Shown in pieces: positions 15,624-24,701 of a stretch of DNA of 64,000 nucleotides (its first letter is position 1; each line of letters opens with the position of its first letter). The DNA lies in the NCBI GenBank assembly GCA_963710205.1, contig CAVPZG010000004.1, forward strand, positions 242,491 to 306,490, in the 5' to 3' direction. This DNA comes from an uncultured Alphaproteobacteria bacterium (GTDB taxonomy: Bacteria > Pseudomonadota > Alphaproteobacteria > Sphingomonadales > Sphingomonadaceae). The notes beneath the pieces were generated by a model that saw only the letters and a list, made by a program, of their open reading frames with translations, was not told where the DNA came from and made no database searches. Made by a program: the position numbers and the translations under genes.

Positions 15624-16163
15624 ATGTCCTCTGGAAGGGTCGCCATGTCTCTCAAAATTTTCAACTTAATCATACCAGCTGCCATTGCCTCTGGCATGGC
15701 CGTTCCGGCAAACGCCGTGCCGTTGCAGTTCGAGCTGTCCGGCTCGCGCAGCGCGGTCTTTCAGCTTGACTCCAACCCCGTGCCGGATTCGTCCAGCAGC
15801 AGTTTCATCGGCGACCAGATCATCTTTCGCAACGTGCCGGGAACCTTTGCGGGCACACCCGGTACGGCGGGCATTATCAGCTTTGGCACGGGCATAATTG
15901 CTAGGCTGAACGTGGTCACGCCTGGTCTGGGCTTCACCCAGTTCACTGGCCCGGAACTGTTCAGTGGCGGTGCGGCCATGCCGATGTTCTCGACGGGCAC
16001 ATTCGACCTGACAAGCATCGTTTCGGGACGCAGCACGCTGGTGATTTCGGAAGTGCTTATGCAGCAGGTGCCGGAGCCGGGCAGCCTCGGCCTGCTATTA
16101 GGCGGTTTGGGCATTGCGGGGCTGGCGATGGTCAAACGGCGGAAGCTAAACGCCGCCGTCTAG
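15624..16163 (+). CDS. PEP-CTERM sorting-domain secreted protein
   Basis: The signal-like N-terminus may start at ATG 15645 (MSLKIFNLIIPAAIASGMAVPANA). The C-terminus VPEPGSLGLLLGGLGIAGLAMVKRRK is the PEP-CTERM motif: PEP, then a TM helix, then a basic tail. Confidence 0.75.
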   Translation: MSSGRVAMSLKIFNLIIPAAIASGMAVPANAVPLQFELSGSRSAVFQLDSNPVPDSSSSSFIGDQIIFRNVPGTFAGTPGTAGIISFGTGIIARLNVVTPGLGFTQFTGPELFSGGAAMPMFSTGTFDLTSIVSGRSTLVISEVLMQQVPEPGSLGLLLGGLGIAGLAMVKRRKLNAAV

Positions 16164-17337
16164 GATGATATTGGGCGGGGTTTCGACTTCGCCCTGTAAG
16201 CCAGCGACGAATTTCCGCACGTCCGCGAGAAACAGGTCCGGTTTTTCAAGACTGGCGAAATGACCGCCTTCCCGCATTTCGGACCAATGTACGACATTAT
16301 AACCGCGTTCCACCATTTCCCGCGGCGGAAAGGCGAGGAGGTCCGCCGGGAATCTCGCGATACCGGTCGGGACTTCAATGCGGCGCCCTTCGGGAATGCT
16401 AAATCCTCCCTCCTCGAACATGCCGCGGTACAGCCACGTCGCGGTGTGAAAGCTGCGCGTCGTCAGGTAGATCATGATGTTGGTGAGCATCTGGTCGTTG
16501 GTGAATGGCGGCTGGGGATTCTGCTCGCCGGTATCCGACCAGCCGCAGAATTTCTCGGCGAGCCAGGCGGCGACGCCCATCGGGCTGTCCATCATGGCGA
16601 TAGGCGAGGCTTTGCGGTTTCGTGGCCTGCAGCTGCAGGTAGGCGGTTTCCTCGGCGCGGATTTTCAGCGCCCATTGCATCCATTTTTTGTCTTCATCGG
16701 ACCGCGGCGTCATGTCGTGCGCGCGAAGGCCGTAACCGTTCAGGTGGAGCGCGGTGACGCGCCTCGAATCGAGACCGATCCAGCCGCCGATAACGCTGCC
16801 CCAGTCGCCGCCCTGATAGATGTATTGCTCATAACCGAGGGCGGGCATGAGCCTGTCGTAGAGGCCTGCCACGGACCGTGGTCCGATAGGGGACAATGGC
16901 GGGTCGGACCAGGCATAGCCGGGCAGTGAGGGCGCGACGACATGGAAAGCGGGATGGCTGTCATCCTCAGGGTCCGCGAGGCGGTCGATAATGGCGTCGA
17001 ATTCGAAGATCGAACCGGGCCAGCCATGCGCGATGAGGAGCGGTTTCGCGTCGGCGCGGGGGCTGCGGCGGTGGACCGTGTGCAGGTGGAAACCGGGCGG
17101 GACCGCCTTGTCCTCAATATTCACACGGACCTGCGGGTGGCGGTTGAGCGATTTGACGGCGGCGGGCCAGTCGAAACCGCTGAGCCAGTAGTCGCGCAGC
17201 TGTTCGAGATAGGCACGGTTGGCACCATAGCGCCAGCCTGCGTCTTCCGGCTCGGAAAAGAAGCGGAAATCCTGAACCCGGCGCATGATCCAGGCGGTCT
17301 CGTCTTCGTTGACGGGGATGGTGAAGGGGGTGGGCAT
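16146..17337 (-). pseudogene. epoxide hydrolase (EHN N-terminal domain plus alpha/beta fold) interrupted by a 1-nt insertion
   Basis: ORF 16399-17337 reads ...HGWPGSIFEF...GGDWGS...LQLQATKPQSLAY and then turns to nonsense. ORF 16146-16595 continues with (A)MMDSPMGVAAWLAEKF...HWSEMREGGHFASLEKPDLF. Removing nt 16599 joins them as SLAY-AMMDSP. Confidence 0.8.
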
Positions 17338-17421
17338 AGGAATGTTGTCCTTACAATCTGATCGTCATTCCGGCGCTCGCCAGACCGGCCCTTGGGGCGG
17401 CCGGCGTGACGACATTTTTGT

Positions 17422-19038
17422 CTATGCCGCCAGCGCCTGCTTCGCGTCTGCGAGGATCATGTCGCTGGCCTTCTCGGCGATCATGATGGTCGGCGCGTTG
17501 GTGTTGCCGCTGACGAGGTTCGGCATTACCGAAGCGTCGACAACGCGGAGACCCTCCACACCCCGCACGCGCAACTGGGGATCGAGAACGGCGCGGTCGT
17601 CGGCCCCCATCCGGCAGGTGCCGACAGGATGGTAGATGGTTTCCCCCCATTCGCGGATCATGTCAGTGAGCGCGGCGCGGTCCTGATGCTGCTCACCGGG
17701 CCAGACTTCCCGTGGATTGAGCGCGGCGAGCGCGGGCTGACGGCCGATCTCGCGGGTAATTTCGAGGCCCGCGAGCATGACGTCCAGATCGTTGGGCGCG
17801 CTGAGATAGTTCGGATCGATTTTGGGATGGTCGGACGGGTTATCGCTGGCAAGCCGGATCGTGCCGCGACTTTCCGGGCGCAGCTGGCAGATATGGCATG
17901 TAAAGCCGTGCACATGGCCGAGCTTGCCCGCGCCATGCGCGTTGCCAAGCGCAGGGAGGAGGTGCAGCTGGATATCCGGCGCTGCCAGATCCTCGCGCGT
18001 GGACAGAAACGCGCCCGCTGGCGTCGGAATGTAGCTGCCCGTGCCGTCCTTTCTGGCGAGCCACGTGCCGAGCGCCTTTAGCTGGTTCGAAAATTTCGCG
18101 TTCCTGTTGAGGCTGATCGGTGCCGCGATGGACCATTGCACGATCAGATCGAGATGATCCTGCAGATTGCCGCCAACATCGGGTGCATCGTGGACGACGT
18201 CGATCCCGTTGGCCTTCAGATGATCGGCGGGGCCGATTCCTGAGAGCATGAGCGTCTGCGGTGAATTCACCGCGCCGCCGCAAAGAATGATCTCATGCCC
18301 GAAAACCGTGTCGGGCTGGCCATTCTGGCGGATGCCGACGGCATGGGCGCGCTTGCCCTTGAACAAAACGCGGTCGGCAAGAACGCCCGTGCGAACCTCA
18401 AGATTTGGACGATCGAGGATGGGTGTCAGATAACCCTTGGCCGCGCTGTGCCTTTGGCCGTCCTTGCAGGTGGAATCATAGCGGCCCACGCCTTCAAACT
18501 GCGGACCGTTGAAGTCGTTTGTGAAGCTATGCCCGGCCTCCTGCGCCGCCATGATGAAGCGGTCGGTAATTTCATCCGGCATGGTGCGCTTTGTCGTATG
18601 CAGCGGGCCGCCAGACCCGTGGAAGTCGGTCGCGCCGCGATCGGAATCCTCCGATCGTTTGAAATAGGGCAGCACATCGTCCCAGCTCCAGCCCGTGCAG
18701 CCCATTTGCGCCCAGCGGTCATAGTCGGATGCGTGACCGCGGATATAGACCATGCCGTTGATGCTGGATGAACCGCCCAGTGTCTTGCCGCGCGGCCAGT
18801 AGAGGCGGCGGTCATTCAGATGATCCTGCGGTTCCGTCCAGTATCCCCAGTTTTCCGCCGCAATCTTGTCGGGTGTGATGAGTTTGCCGATCCCCGCAGG
18901 AAAATGGATGAACATCGACCTGTCGCGGTTTCCCGCCTCCAGCAGGAGGACGCGGATGGTGGGATCGGCACTGAGGCGGTTGGCAAGAACGCAGCCCGCA
19001 CTGCCTGCGCCGACGATGATGTAATCGTAGTCTGACAT
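17422..19038 (-). CDS. GMC-family FAD oxidoreductase (choline dehydrogenase-like)
   Basis: MSDYDYIIVGAGSAGCVLANRLSADP..VLLLEAG, GGSSSINGMVYIRG and a C-terminal HPVGTCRMG...GLRVVDASVMP. Confidence 0.85.
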   Translation of the reverse strand: MSDYDYIIVGAGSAGCVLANRLSADPTIRVLLLEAGNRDRSMFIHFPAGIGKLITPDKIAAENWGYWTEPQDHLNDRRLYWPRGKTLGGSSSINGMVYIRGHASDYDRWAQMGCTGWSWDDVLPYFKRSEDSDRGATDFHGSGGPLHTTKRTMPDEITDRFIMAAQEAGHSFTNDFNGPQFEGVGRYDSTCKDGQRHSAAKGYLTPILDRPNLEVRTGVLADRVLFKGKRAHAVGIRQNGQPDTVFGHEIILCGGAVNSPQTLMLSGIGPADHLKANGIDVVHDAPDVGGNLQDHLDLIVQWSIAAPISLNRNAKFSNQLKALGTWLARKDGTGSYIPTPAGAFLSTREDLAAPDIQLHLLPALGNAHGAGKLGHVHGFTCHICQLRPESRGTIRLASDNPSDHPKIDPNYLSAPNDLDVMLAGLEITREIGRQPALAALNPREVWPGEQHQDRAALTDMIREWGETIYHPVGTCRMGADDRAVLDPQLRVRGVEGLRVVDASVMPNLVSGNTNAPTIMIAEKASDMILADAKQALAA

Positions 19039-19141
19039 GGACGATCCTTCTGAAGATTGATCGGCACACCGGCCCCGCCTGAGCGAGGGTGACGTGTTTC
19101 TGGATCAAGAGTCTACATATCCGGCGTGCCGGACAAGCCCG

Positions 19142-20746
19142 TCAATTCGATAAGCCCGCCGCCGCTGTCGCCGCAGCGGCGCGGGCGTCCTTCGTGGCTT
19201 CGGCGTCCGGAAGTCGCTTGTAGAGATAGAACAGACAGCCAACCGTGACGGGAACCATCAGAAGCAGGCTCATCACCCCGATGGCGAGATCGCCGGTTTC
19301 CGCCGAAACCGTACCTGCGAACCACGGACCAAGGCCAAGACCGATGAGCGTCGTGCCAAGGAAATAGGTCGCCGTGGCCGCGCCCCGCATACGGGGCTGC
19401 ACCAGATCCTGACTGGTGGCGGCCGCGACGCCCACCCACATGCTGGCGACAATGTTCTGCGGTGCGGCGAGCAGGTAGAAGACAAGCAGGCTGTCTGTCG
19501 TGAACATGAAGAAGATAAACGGAATCATCATCAGAATTGCGAACATGCCTACCATCACGCGGCCCGCTGGATTCCTGCGCTTGAGGATGTCGGAAATCTT
19601 TCCGCCGAGGACGACCCCGACGAAGCCGCCGCCCGCACCGAGACCGCCGAGAATGAGGCCCACCGTCGCTGGATCCACCTGATCCGCGAATGTCCGAAGG
19701 ACGTAGGGCGGTGACCAGAAACTGACGGCATATGTGTTGAAGGCGATGGTGCCGAAGCCGACCAAAGTCAGAAGAAAGCTCGGTGTTCCCCAGATCAGCG
19801 CATAGGTTGCAGGGTCGCGGCGCTTTATCGACTGCGACCAGGAAAAGACCGCGTAGGCGCCGATGCCGAGCGCGCCGAACTGGAGCCGGTTACCGAAACT
19901 GTCGCCAACAAGCAGGAGCAGCCCGATCATGACGATCGCGATGATCACCGCTGCCACAAGATTGCGTATGAGGCTTGCCGTACCGGCGCGGGCCGCGTCG
20001 ATCAGTGTAAGCGGCGGAATGACGCTGCAGAGTTCCGTGAAGAATTTCGGCCAGGGATTTGGATCGGGCGGCTGGTAGGTGCCCTCCGACATGCCGCGCA
20101 GCGGTTCGCGCAGGGTGGCGACCCACAGGGCAAGCAGAAGACCGGGAACACCGACCGCCATGAATGCGGCCTGCCAGCCGACGACGTTGAACCCGAAGAG
20201 GTCGTAGCCGCCGGGAAAGGCCTCGTTCCAGTTGCCGGCGACCGCGCCGCCGATGAAGAGCGAAATGCCGCCGCCGATGTAAAGGCCGCCGGAATAGATG
20301 GCGAGCGCGGTGGCGCGGCTTTCCTTTGGAAAATAGTCTGAAATCATGGAAAAGGCGGCGGGGCTGGCCGTTGCCTCGCCGATACCGACGCCGATGCGCG
20401 CGCCCGCGATCTGAACGAAATTCGTCGCGAGCCCGGACAGGGCCGTCATGGTCGACCACAAGCTGAGGCCGATGGCCATGAGCCGCTTGCGCACCCACAT
20501 GTCGGCCAGCCTGCCGAGCGGAATACCGAAGAGCGCGTAAAAAACGGCAAAGGCGGTGCCGTAGAGGAAGCCCATCTGGCCGTCATCAATGCCAAGATCG
20601 GCCTTTATGTCTTCGGCAAGAATGGAGAGGATCTGCCGGTCGACGAAATTGAAGATGTAGACCAGGACGAGAACGCCGAGGACGTACCAGGCATAAGGCG
20701 ACCCAACGTCCTTCTCGCGGTCTTTCAGCAGATCCTCGTCGGTCAT
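19142..20746 (-). CDS. MFS transporter (Spinster-like subfamily)
   Basis: 534 aa with about 12 hydrophobic helices. NFVDRQILSILAEDIKADLGIDDGQMGFLYG...GIPLGRLADMWVRKR is the MFS motif A. Confidence 0.8.
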   Translation of the reverse strand: MTDEDLLKDREKDVGSPYAWYVLGVLVLVYIFNFVDRQILSILAEDIKADLGIDDGQMGFLYGTAFAVFYALFGIPLGRLADMWVRKRLMAIGLSLWSTMTALSGLATNFVQIAGARIGVGIGEATASPAAFSMISDYFPKESRATALAIYSGGLYIGGGISLFIGGAVAGNWNEAFPGGYDLFGFNVVGWQAAFMAVGVPGLLLALWVATLREPLRGMSEGTYQPPDPNPWPKFFTELCSVIPPLTLIDAARAGTASLIRNLVAAVIIAIVMIGLLLLVGDSFGNRLQFGALGIGAYAVFSWSQSIKRRDPATYALIWGTPSFLLTLVGFGTIAFNTYAVSFWSPPYVLRTFADQVDPATVGLILGGLGAGGGFVGVVLGGKISDILKRRNPAGRVMVGMFAILMMIPFIFFMFTTDSLLVFYLLAAPQNIVASMWVGVAAATSQDLVQPRMRGAATATYFLGTTLIGLGLGPWFAGTVSAETGDLAIGVMSLLLMVPVTVGCLFYLYKRLPDAEATKDARAAAATAAAGLSN

Positions 20747-20833
20747 GGCGCCCTTCCCAAAAATGCCCGCTTTGCGCGGTGTTGCTTTCAGCGCTAGCAG
20801 CGCGCGGACGGATTAGAAAGCGCCCATCGCCCC

Positions 20834-21295
20834 ATGCAAAACATCAGTGTCCTCTTTGTCTGCCTTGGAAATATCTGCCGCTCGCCGGTCGCGGAGGGGC
20901 TGCTGAGGAAGATGTCTGCTGACACCGGCCTCGCTCTTGTTGCGGATTCCGCCGGAACCGGCGACTGGCACGCAGGCCAGCGTCCGCATCTGAAGTCGCA
21001 GGCTGTCGCGCTCAGAAACGGCTTCGACATTTCGGCACTGGAAGCGCGGCAGATCGAGGCGGAGGACTGGACGCGGTACACGCACATCGTCGCGCTCGAC
21101 CGTGCCAATCTCAACGATCTGAAAGGGATGAGACCGGAAAATGCGACAGCACAGCTCCTCTTGCTCATGCAGCATGCCGAAACGGACGACGAGGATGTGC
21201 TCGATCCCTATGGCATGGCGGACGAGGCGTTCGATAGGATGTATGCCCAGATCGACGCGGGTGTGACCGGATTGCTGAAGACGCTGGCGCCCTAG
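20834..21295 (+). CDS. low-molecular-weight protein-tyrosine phosphatase
   Basis: VLFVCLGNICRSPVAEG contains the CX5R(S) P-loop. DPYG lies near the C-terminus. 153 aa. Confidence 0.85.
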   Translation: MQNISVLFVCLGNICRSPVAEGLLRKMSADTGLALVADSAGTGDWHAGQRPHLKSQAVALRNGFDISALEARQIEAEDWTRYTHIVALDRANLNDLKGMRPENATAQLLLLMQHAETDDEDVLDPYGMADEAFDRMYAQIDAGVTGLLKTLAP

Positions 21296-21310
21296 CCGTG
21301 CGGCGAACGA

Positions 21311-22537
21311 GTGCGTAGGTGGCAAGCGGGTATTTATCTGGACGGGAGCGGCATGACCTCAGGCGGTGACACAGCAGGCAAGGCCCGCGCCACGAGGACG
21401 TTTACGGGCTTTGGCGGTTTGCCCCTGATTGCGGATGTCTACGGTGCGAGCGATGCGCCGTGCGTGCTGATGCTGCCAGGGGCCGGGCAATCCCGTTCCG
21501 TCTGGCAGGAGGCGGCGCGCGCGCTGGCGGCGGCGGGGCGCTATGTCGTTGCCATCGACCTGCGCGGACGTGGCGGCAATGGCGATGCGCCGGACAGTCT
21601 CGATGCCTTTGTCGGTGACCTGCGTGCCGTCCTTGCGGACCTGTCCTCGCGTCCTGTCATCGTGGGTGCATCGCTGGGCGGCTGGATCGCGACGGCGGCG
21701 CTGGGGGAAGGCGAACCGGACCTGGCCGCCGGACTGGTGCTGGTGGATGCCGTTCCGCATGGCGATATCGCGTCGGTACAGACACCGACCGGCCTCGACC
21801 TTGAAACTGTGAAGATCCGCCTTGAGTCCGCCATGTCGCGGTTGAAACTGCCGCTGCTGATCGTGCGCGGCGAGGATAGCAAGGTGTCGAGCGCGGAGTC
21901 CGTGCAGGCTATCGCCGCTGCCGTCGCTGGTGCGGAGGTTGTCGAGGTGGAGGATGCGGGACATCTGGTCGCCACGGAGCAGGTCGAGATATTCAACGCG
22001 CTGCTGCTGGAATTCCTGGAACGCCGCGTGCCGCGCGAGCCGCCGGAATATATGTCGGGGTCCGACAGCCGGACGCTGCGCGACGCGCTTGGCTGTTTCG
22101 GGACGGGCGTGACGGTGGTGACGACACTGGCGGAAGATGGCGAGGCGGTTGGCCTGACCGCGAACAGCTTTACCTCTGTCTCTCTCGATCCGCCGCTGCT
22201 GCTGGTATGCCTGGCGAAGTCGGCCGCAAGTCTGCCCGCGTTCACGGCGGCGGCGGCGTTTGCCGTCAATGTCCTTCACATCGGACAACAGCCTATTTCC
22301 ACCCGTTTTGCCACAAAAGGCGAGGACAAGTTCGCCGGGACGACGACCGAAGCCTGGGCTACGGGCGTGCCGATCATATCCGGATCGCTGGCCAGTTTCG
22401 AATGCAGACGCACTGCACTTCACGACGGCGGCGACCATGTCATTCTGGTCGGAGAGGTGGTGCGGGTGCGCTATGAGCCACGCCGCGATCCGCTGCTTTA
22501 CTTTCGCGGCAAGTATCGGCGATTACATTTCGCCTAG
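21311..22537 (+). CDS. alpha/beta hydrolase fused in frame to a flavin reductase (FMN-binding split barrel) domain
   Basis: The N-terminal ~245 aa read LMLPGAGQSRSVW...VGASLGGW...AGHLV...LLLEFLERR. From ATG 22052 the sequence MSGSDSRTLRDALGCFGTGVTVVTT...GLTANSFTSVSLDPPLLLVCL...GDHVILVGEV is a complete flavin reductase. No stop lies between them. Confidence 0.7.
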   Translation: MRRWQAGIYLDGSGMTSGGDTAGKARATRTFTGFGGLPLIADVYGASDAPCVLMLPGAGQSRSVWQEAARALAAAGRYVVAIDLRGRGGNGDAPDSLDAFVGDLRAVLADLSSRPVIVGASLGGWIATAALGEGEPDLAAGLVLVDAVPHGDIASVQTPTGLDLETVKIRLESAMSRLKLPLLIVRGEDSKVSSAESVQAIAAAVAGAEVVEVEDAGHLVATEQVEIFNALLLEFLERRVPREPPEYMSGSDSRTLRDALGCFGTGVTVVTTLAEDGEAVGLTANSFTSVSLDPPLLLVCLAKSAASLPAFTAAAAFAVNVLHIGQQPISTRFATKGEDKFAGTTTEAWATGVPIISGSLASFECRRTALHDGGDHVILVGEVVRVRYEPRRDPLLYFRGKYRRLHFA

Positions 22538-23964
22538 GCGGGAATCCAGTTTCCGTGGAAGCCCGGCGGGATCTGGTGCGGGATGGTAATGACCGCCTGG
22601 GGGGTGCCCTCGAAATCGTCGGCGTTGAGAATGAGAAGATCGGTCGTCTGCCTGTGGGAGTCGATGACAAGGCCCATCAGCCAGCCATCATCTTCCGGTC
22701 CCGCCGCCTTGCGCGGAATGAAGACAAATTCGCCGGGATGCTGATGTTCCGGAAAATTACGGACCGTTCGCGTGTGGTCCTTCAGATCGGTGCGGATCAG
22801 ATGCGTTGCAGGAGCGCTGAGATCGGAACCGGCAGGCTGTCCGACAGCATAGATATAGCGGTAGTCGCGTCCGGTAAGGCGTTCATCGTAGCGCGGGAAT
22901 TCCTGCGGATTGTCATCCAGAACCGTGCGCTCAACCCGGCGTGCGACCGGGTCAATGATCCAGCGTTCCAGCTGGATATGTGTCGAATCCGGTCCGTGGA
23001 TGCTTTCGGAAAAGACGCGGTCGTGTGTAACGACATCGACAATCGTCCTGCCGTCGGCACGCTCATAGGCGTTGGCTGTATGAAACACGTAACAGGGGGT
23101 GACTTCGCACCAGATCGTGTCCTTGGCGCTGCCGTTCAAAGGGCAGAGGCCAATTCGCGCCTGATGCGCGGCATTCCAGCGATAGGGGAAGCGTTGGCCG
23201 CCAACGAGGGCCTTCATGGAGAAGGTGACTGGCATGTCGAGCACGAGAATGTTGTTCTCCGTGATCGCGCAGTCATGGATGCTGGGGCCATCCTCGACCG
23301 TGATGGGGTCCTGCCGGATCACCCTCCCGGCAGGATCGACAGTGACGTGCCAGACCTTGTCATGCACATCGCTGCGATAGGTGATGGCATGCAGGTTGCC
23401 CGTTGCCGGGTCCAGATGCGGATGCGCGGAGAACGGCACGGTCAGCGTCCCGTCGAAAGGATTATGCGCAATGGTGTTCTGTTCGCCGTCAAGCTCGACA
23501 GGGTTGCCGCCCGCCTCGACAATGGCCCAGTAGCGCCCTGCGTGACCGATGACATTTGTATTGGCGGTATCGGCGGTGGTGCGGGGACCGGGTTTTGGGG
23601 TTTCGCCCAGCGCCTCTGACACCTTTGTCGAGCGCACCCAGCGGTTGCGATAGATGCCTGCCCTGCCGCCCTCGATCTCGATGCCATGGATCATGCCGTC
23701 GCCTGTGAACCAGTGATAGCTGTTCGGATCGGCCTCGATGGGGTTGGGGCCATTCCTCAGATATTTTCCGGAAAGGTCGGCCGGGATCGTGCCTGTGATC
23801 TCCAGGTCCGCGAATGTCTCCTCCGCTCTCAGCGGCGTGTGGACGCCGGTCAGAAACGGGTTTCCTGCCTCCAGCTTCGGCATTCGCCTGCGGTTGAAAT
23901 CGGCCACGCTCGTCAGCCCCTTGCCGACGACCTTGCGAATGGTGGTTTCAAAGGCGGTAGCCAT
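22534..23964 (-). CDS. carotenoid oxygenase family (CCD/RPE65) dioxygenase
   Basis: 476 aa: NGPNP...HWFTGDGMIHG, HDCAITENNILVLDMP, FHTANAYE and a C-terminal PPGFHGNWIPA. This is the four-His iron-ligand pattern of the family. Confidence 0.85.
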   Translation of the reverse strand: MATAFETTIRKVVGKGLTSVADFNRRRMPKLEAGNPFLTGVHTPLRAEETFADLEITGTIPADLSGKYLRNGPNPIEADPNSYHWFTGDGMIHGIEIEGGRAGIYRNRWVRSTKVSEALGETPKPGPRTTADTANTNVIGHAGRYWAIVEAGGNPVELDGEQNTIAHNPFDGTLTVPFSAHPHLDPATGNLHAITYRSDVHDKVWHVTVDPAGRVIRQDPITVEDGPSIHDCAITENNILVLDMPVTFSMKALVGGQRFPYRWNAAHQARIGLCPLNGSAKDTIWCEVTPCYVFHTANAYERADGRTIVDVVTHDRVFSESIHGPDSTHIQLERWIIDPVARRVERTVLDDNPQEFPRYDERLTGRDYRYIYAVGQPAGSDLSAPATHLIRTDLKDHTRTVRNFPEHQHPGEFVFIPRKAAGPEDDGWLMGLVIDSHRQTTDLLILNADDFEGTPQAVITIPHQIPPGFHGNWIPA

Positions 23965-24011
23965 AACGGAAGCCCTTTGCGTTGCAGCGACTCAATGTTT
24001 ACATTGTTAAT

Positions 24012-24623
24012 ATGTCGTCTAATGATAACAGTGTCAACATTACCGACGAATCCGCCGGATATCATCACGGGAATCTGAGGACCGCGCTGACGGACGCGGC
24101 CATGGCCATGGTGGCTGCGGAAGGCGCGGACGCGCTTTCGATGCGGAAACTGGCTGCGGAGGTCGGTGTCAGTGCAACTGCCATTTACAGGCATTTTCCC
24201 GGCAGGGACGCGCTGCTTGCGACGCTGGGCGCACGGGCCGCCAAGATGTTGGCGCATTTGCAGTCAAGCGCAGCGAAGGCAGCGGGCGGCGGCCTGCCGG
24301 GCCTGTCGGCGGCGGGGGAGACTTATGTCGCCTTCGCTGTCGACCAACCGGCACTGTTCAGGCTGTTGTTCTCGCGGCCAGCAGATATCAGTCTTGTCGA
24401 TGCGCCCAAGGATGAAGTGGCCGCGGCGATGCGCGGCCTGCGCGATCAGGTCGACATCCTGATGCCGGGCGCGGACGCGGCCGCAGAACGGCGGGCTGCA
24501 GTGATCCGCGCCTGGGCGATCGTGCATGGCCTTGCCGTTCTGGTACTGGACGGACATATCGATTACGATCCGGAGGATGTGCGCCGGGTGCTGGAACCAC
24601 TAGGGCAGCTTTTCCCGCAATAG
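24012..24623 (+). CDS. TetR/AcrR-family transcriptional regulator
   Basis: HHGNLRTALTDAAMAMVAAEGADALSMRKLAAEVGVSATAIYRHFPGRDALL is the TetR HTH. The gene is divergent from the carotenoid oxygenase gene with a 47-bp spacer. Confidence 0.85.
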   Translation: MSSNDNSVNITDESAGYHHGNLRTALTDAAMAMVAAEGADALSMRKLAAEVGVSATAIYRHFPGRDALLATLGARAAKMLAHLQSSAAKAAGGGLPGLSAAGETYVAFAVDQPALFRLLFSRPADISLVDAPKDEVAAAMRGLRDQVDILMPGADAAAERRAAVIRAWAIVHGLAVLVLDGHIDYDPEDVRRVLEPLGQLFPQ

Positions 24624-24701
24624 GGCAAACACACTGGTTCTTACGAGAGGACGGCGACTGTTTTGCTTGCCACTTGATGCACAACCTCAGAAGGCTGCCA
24701 T

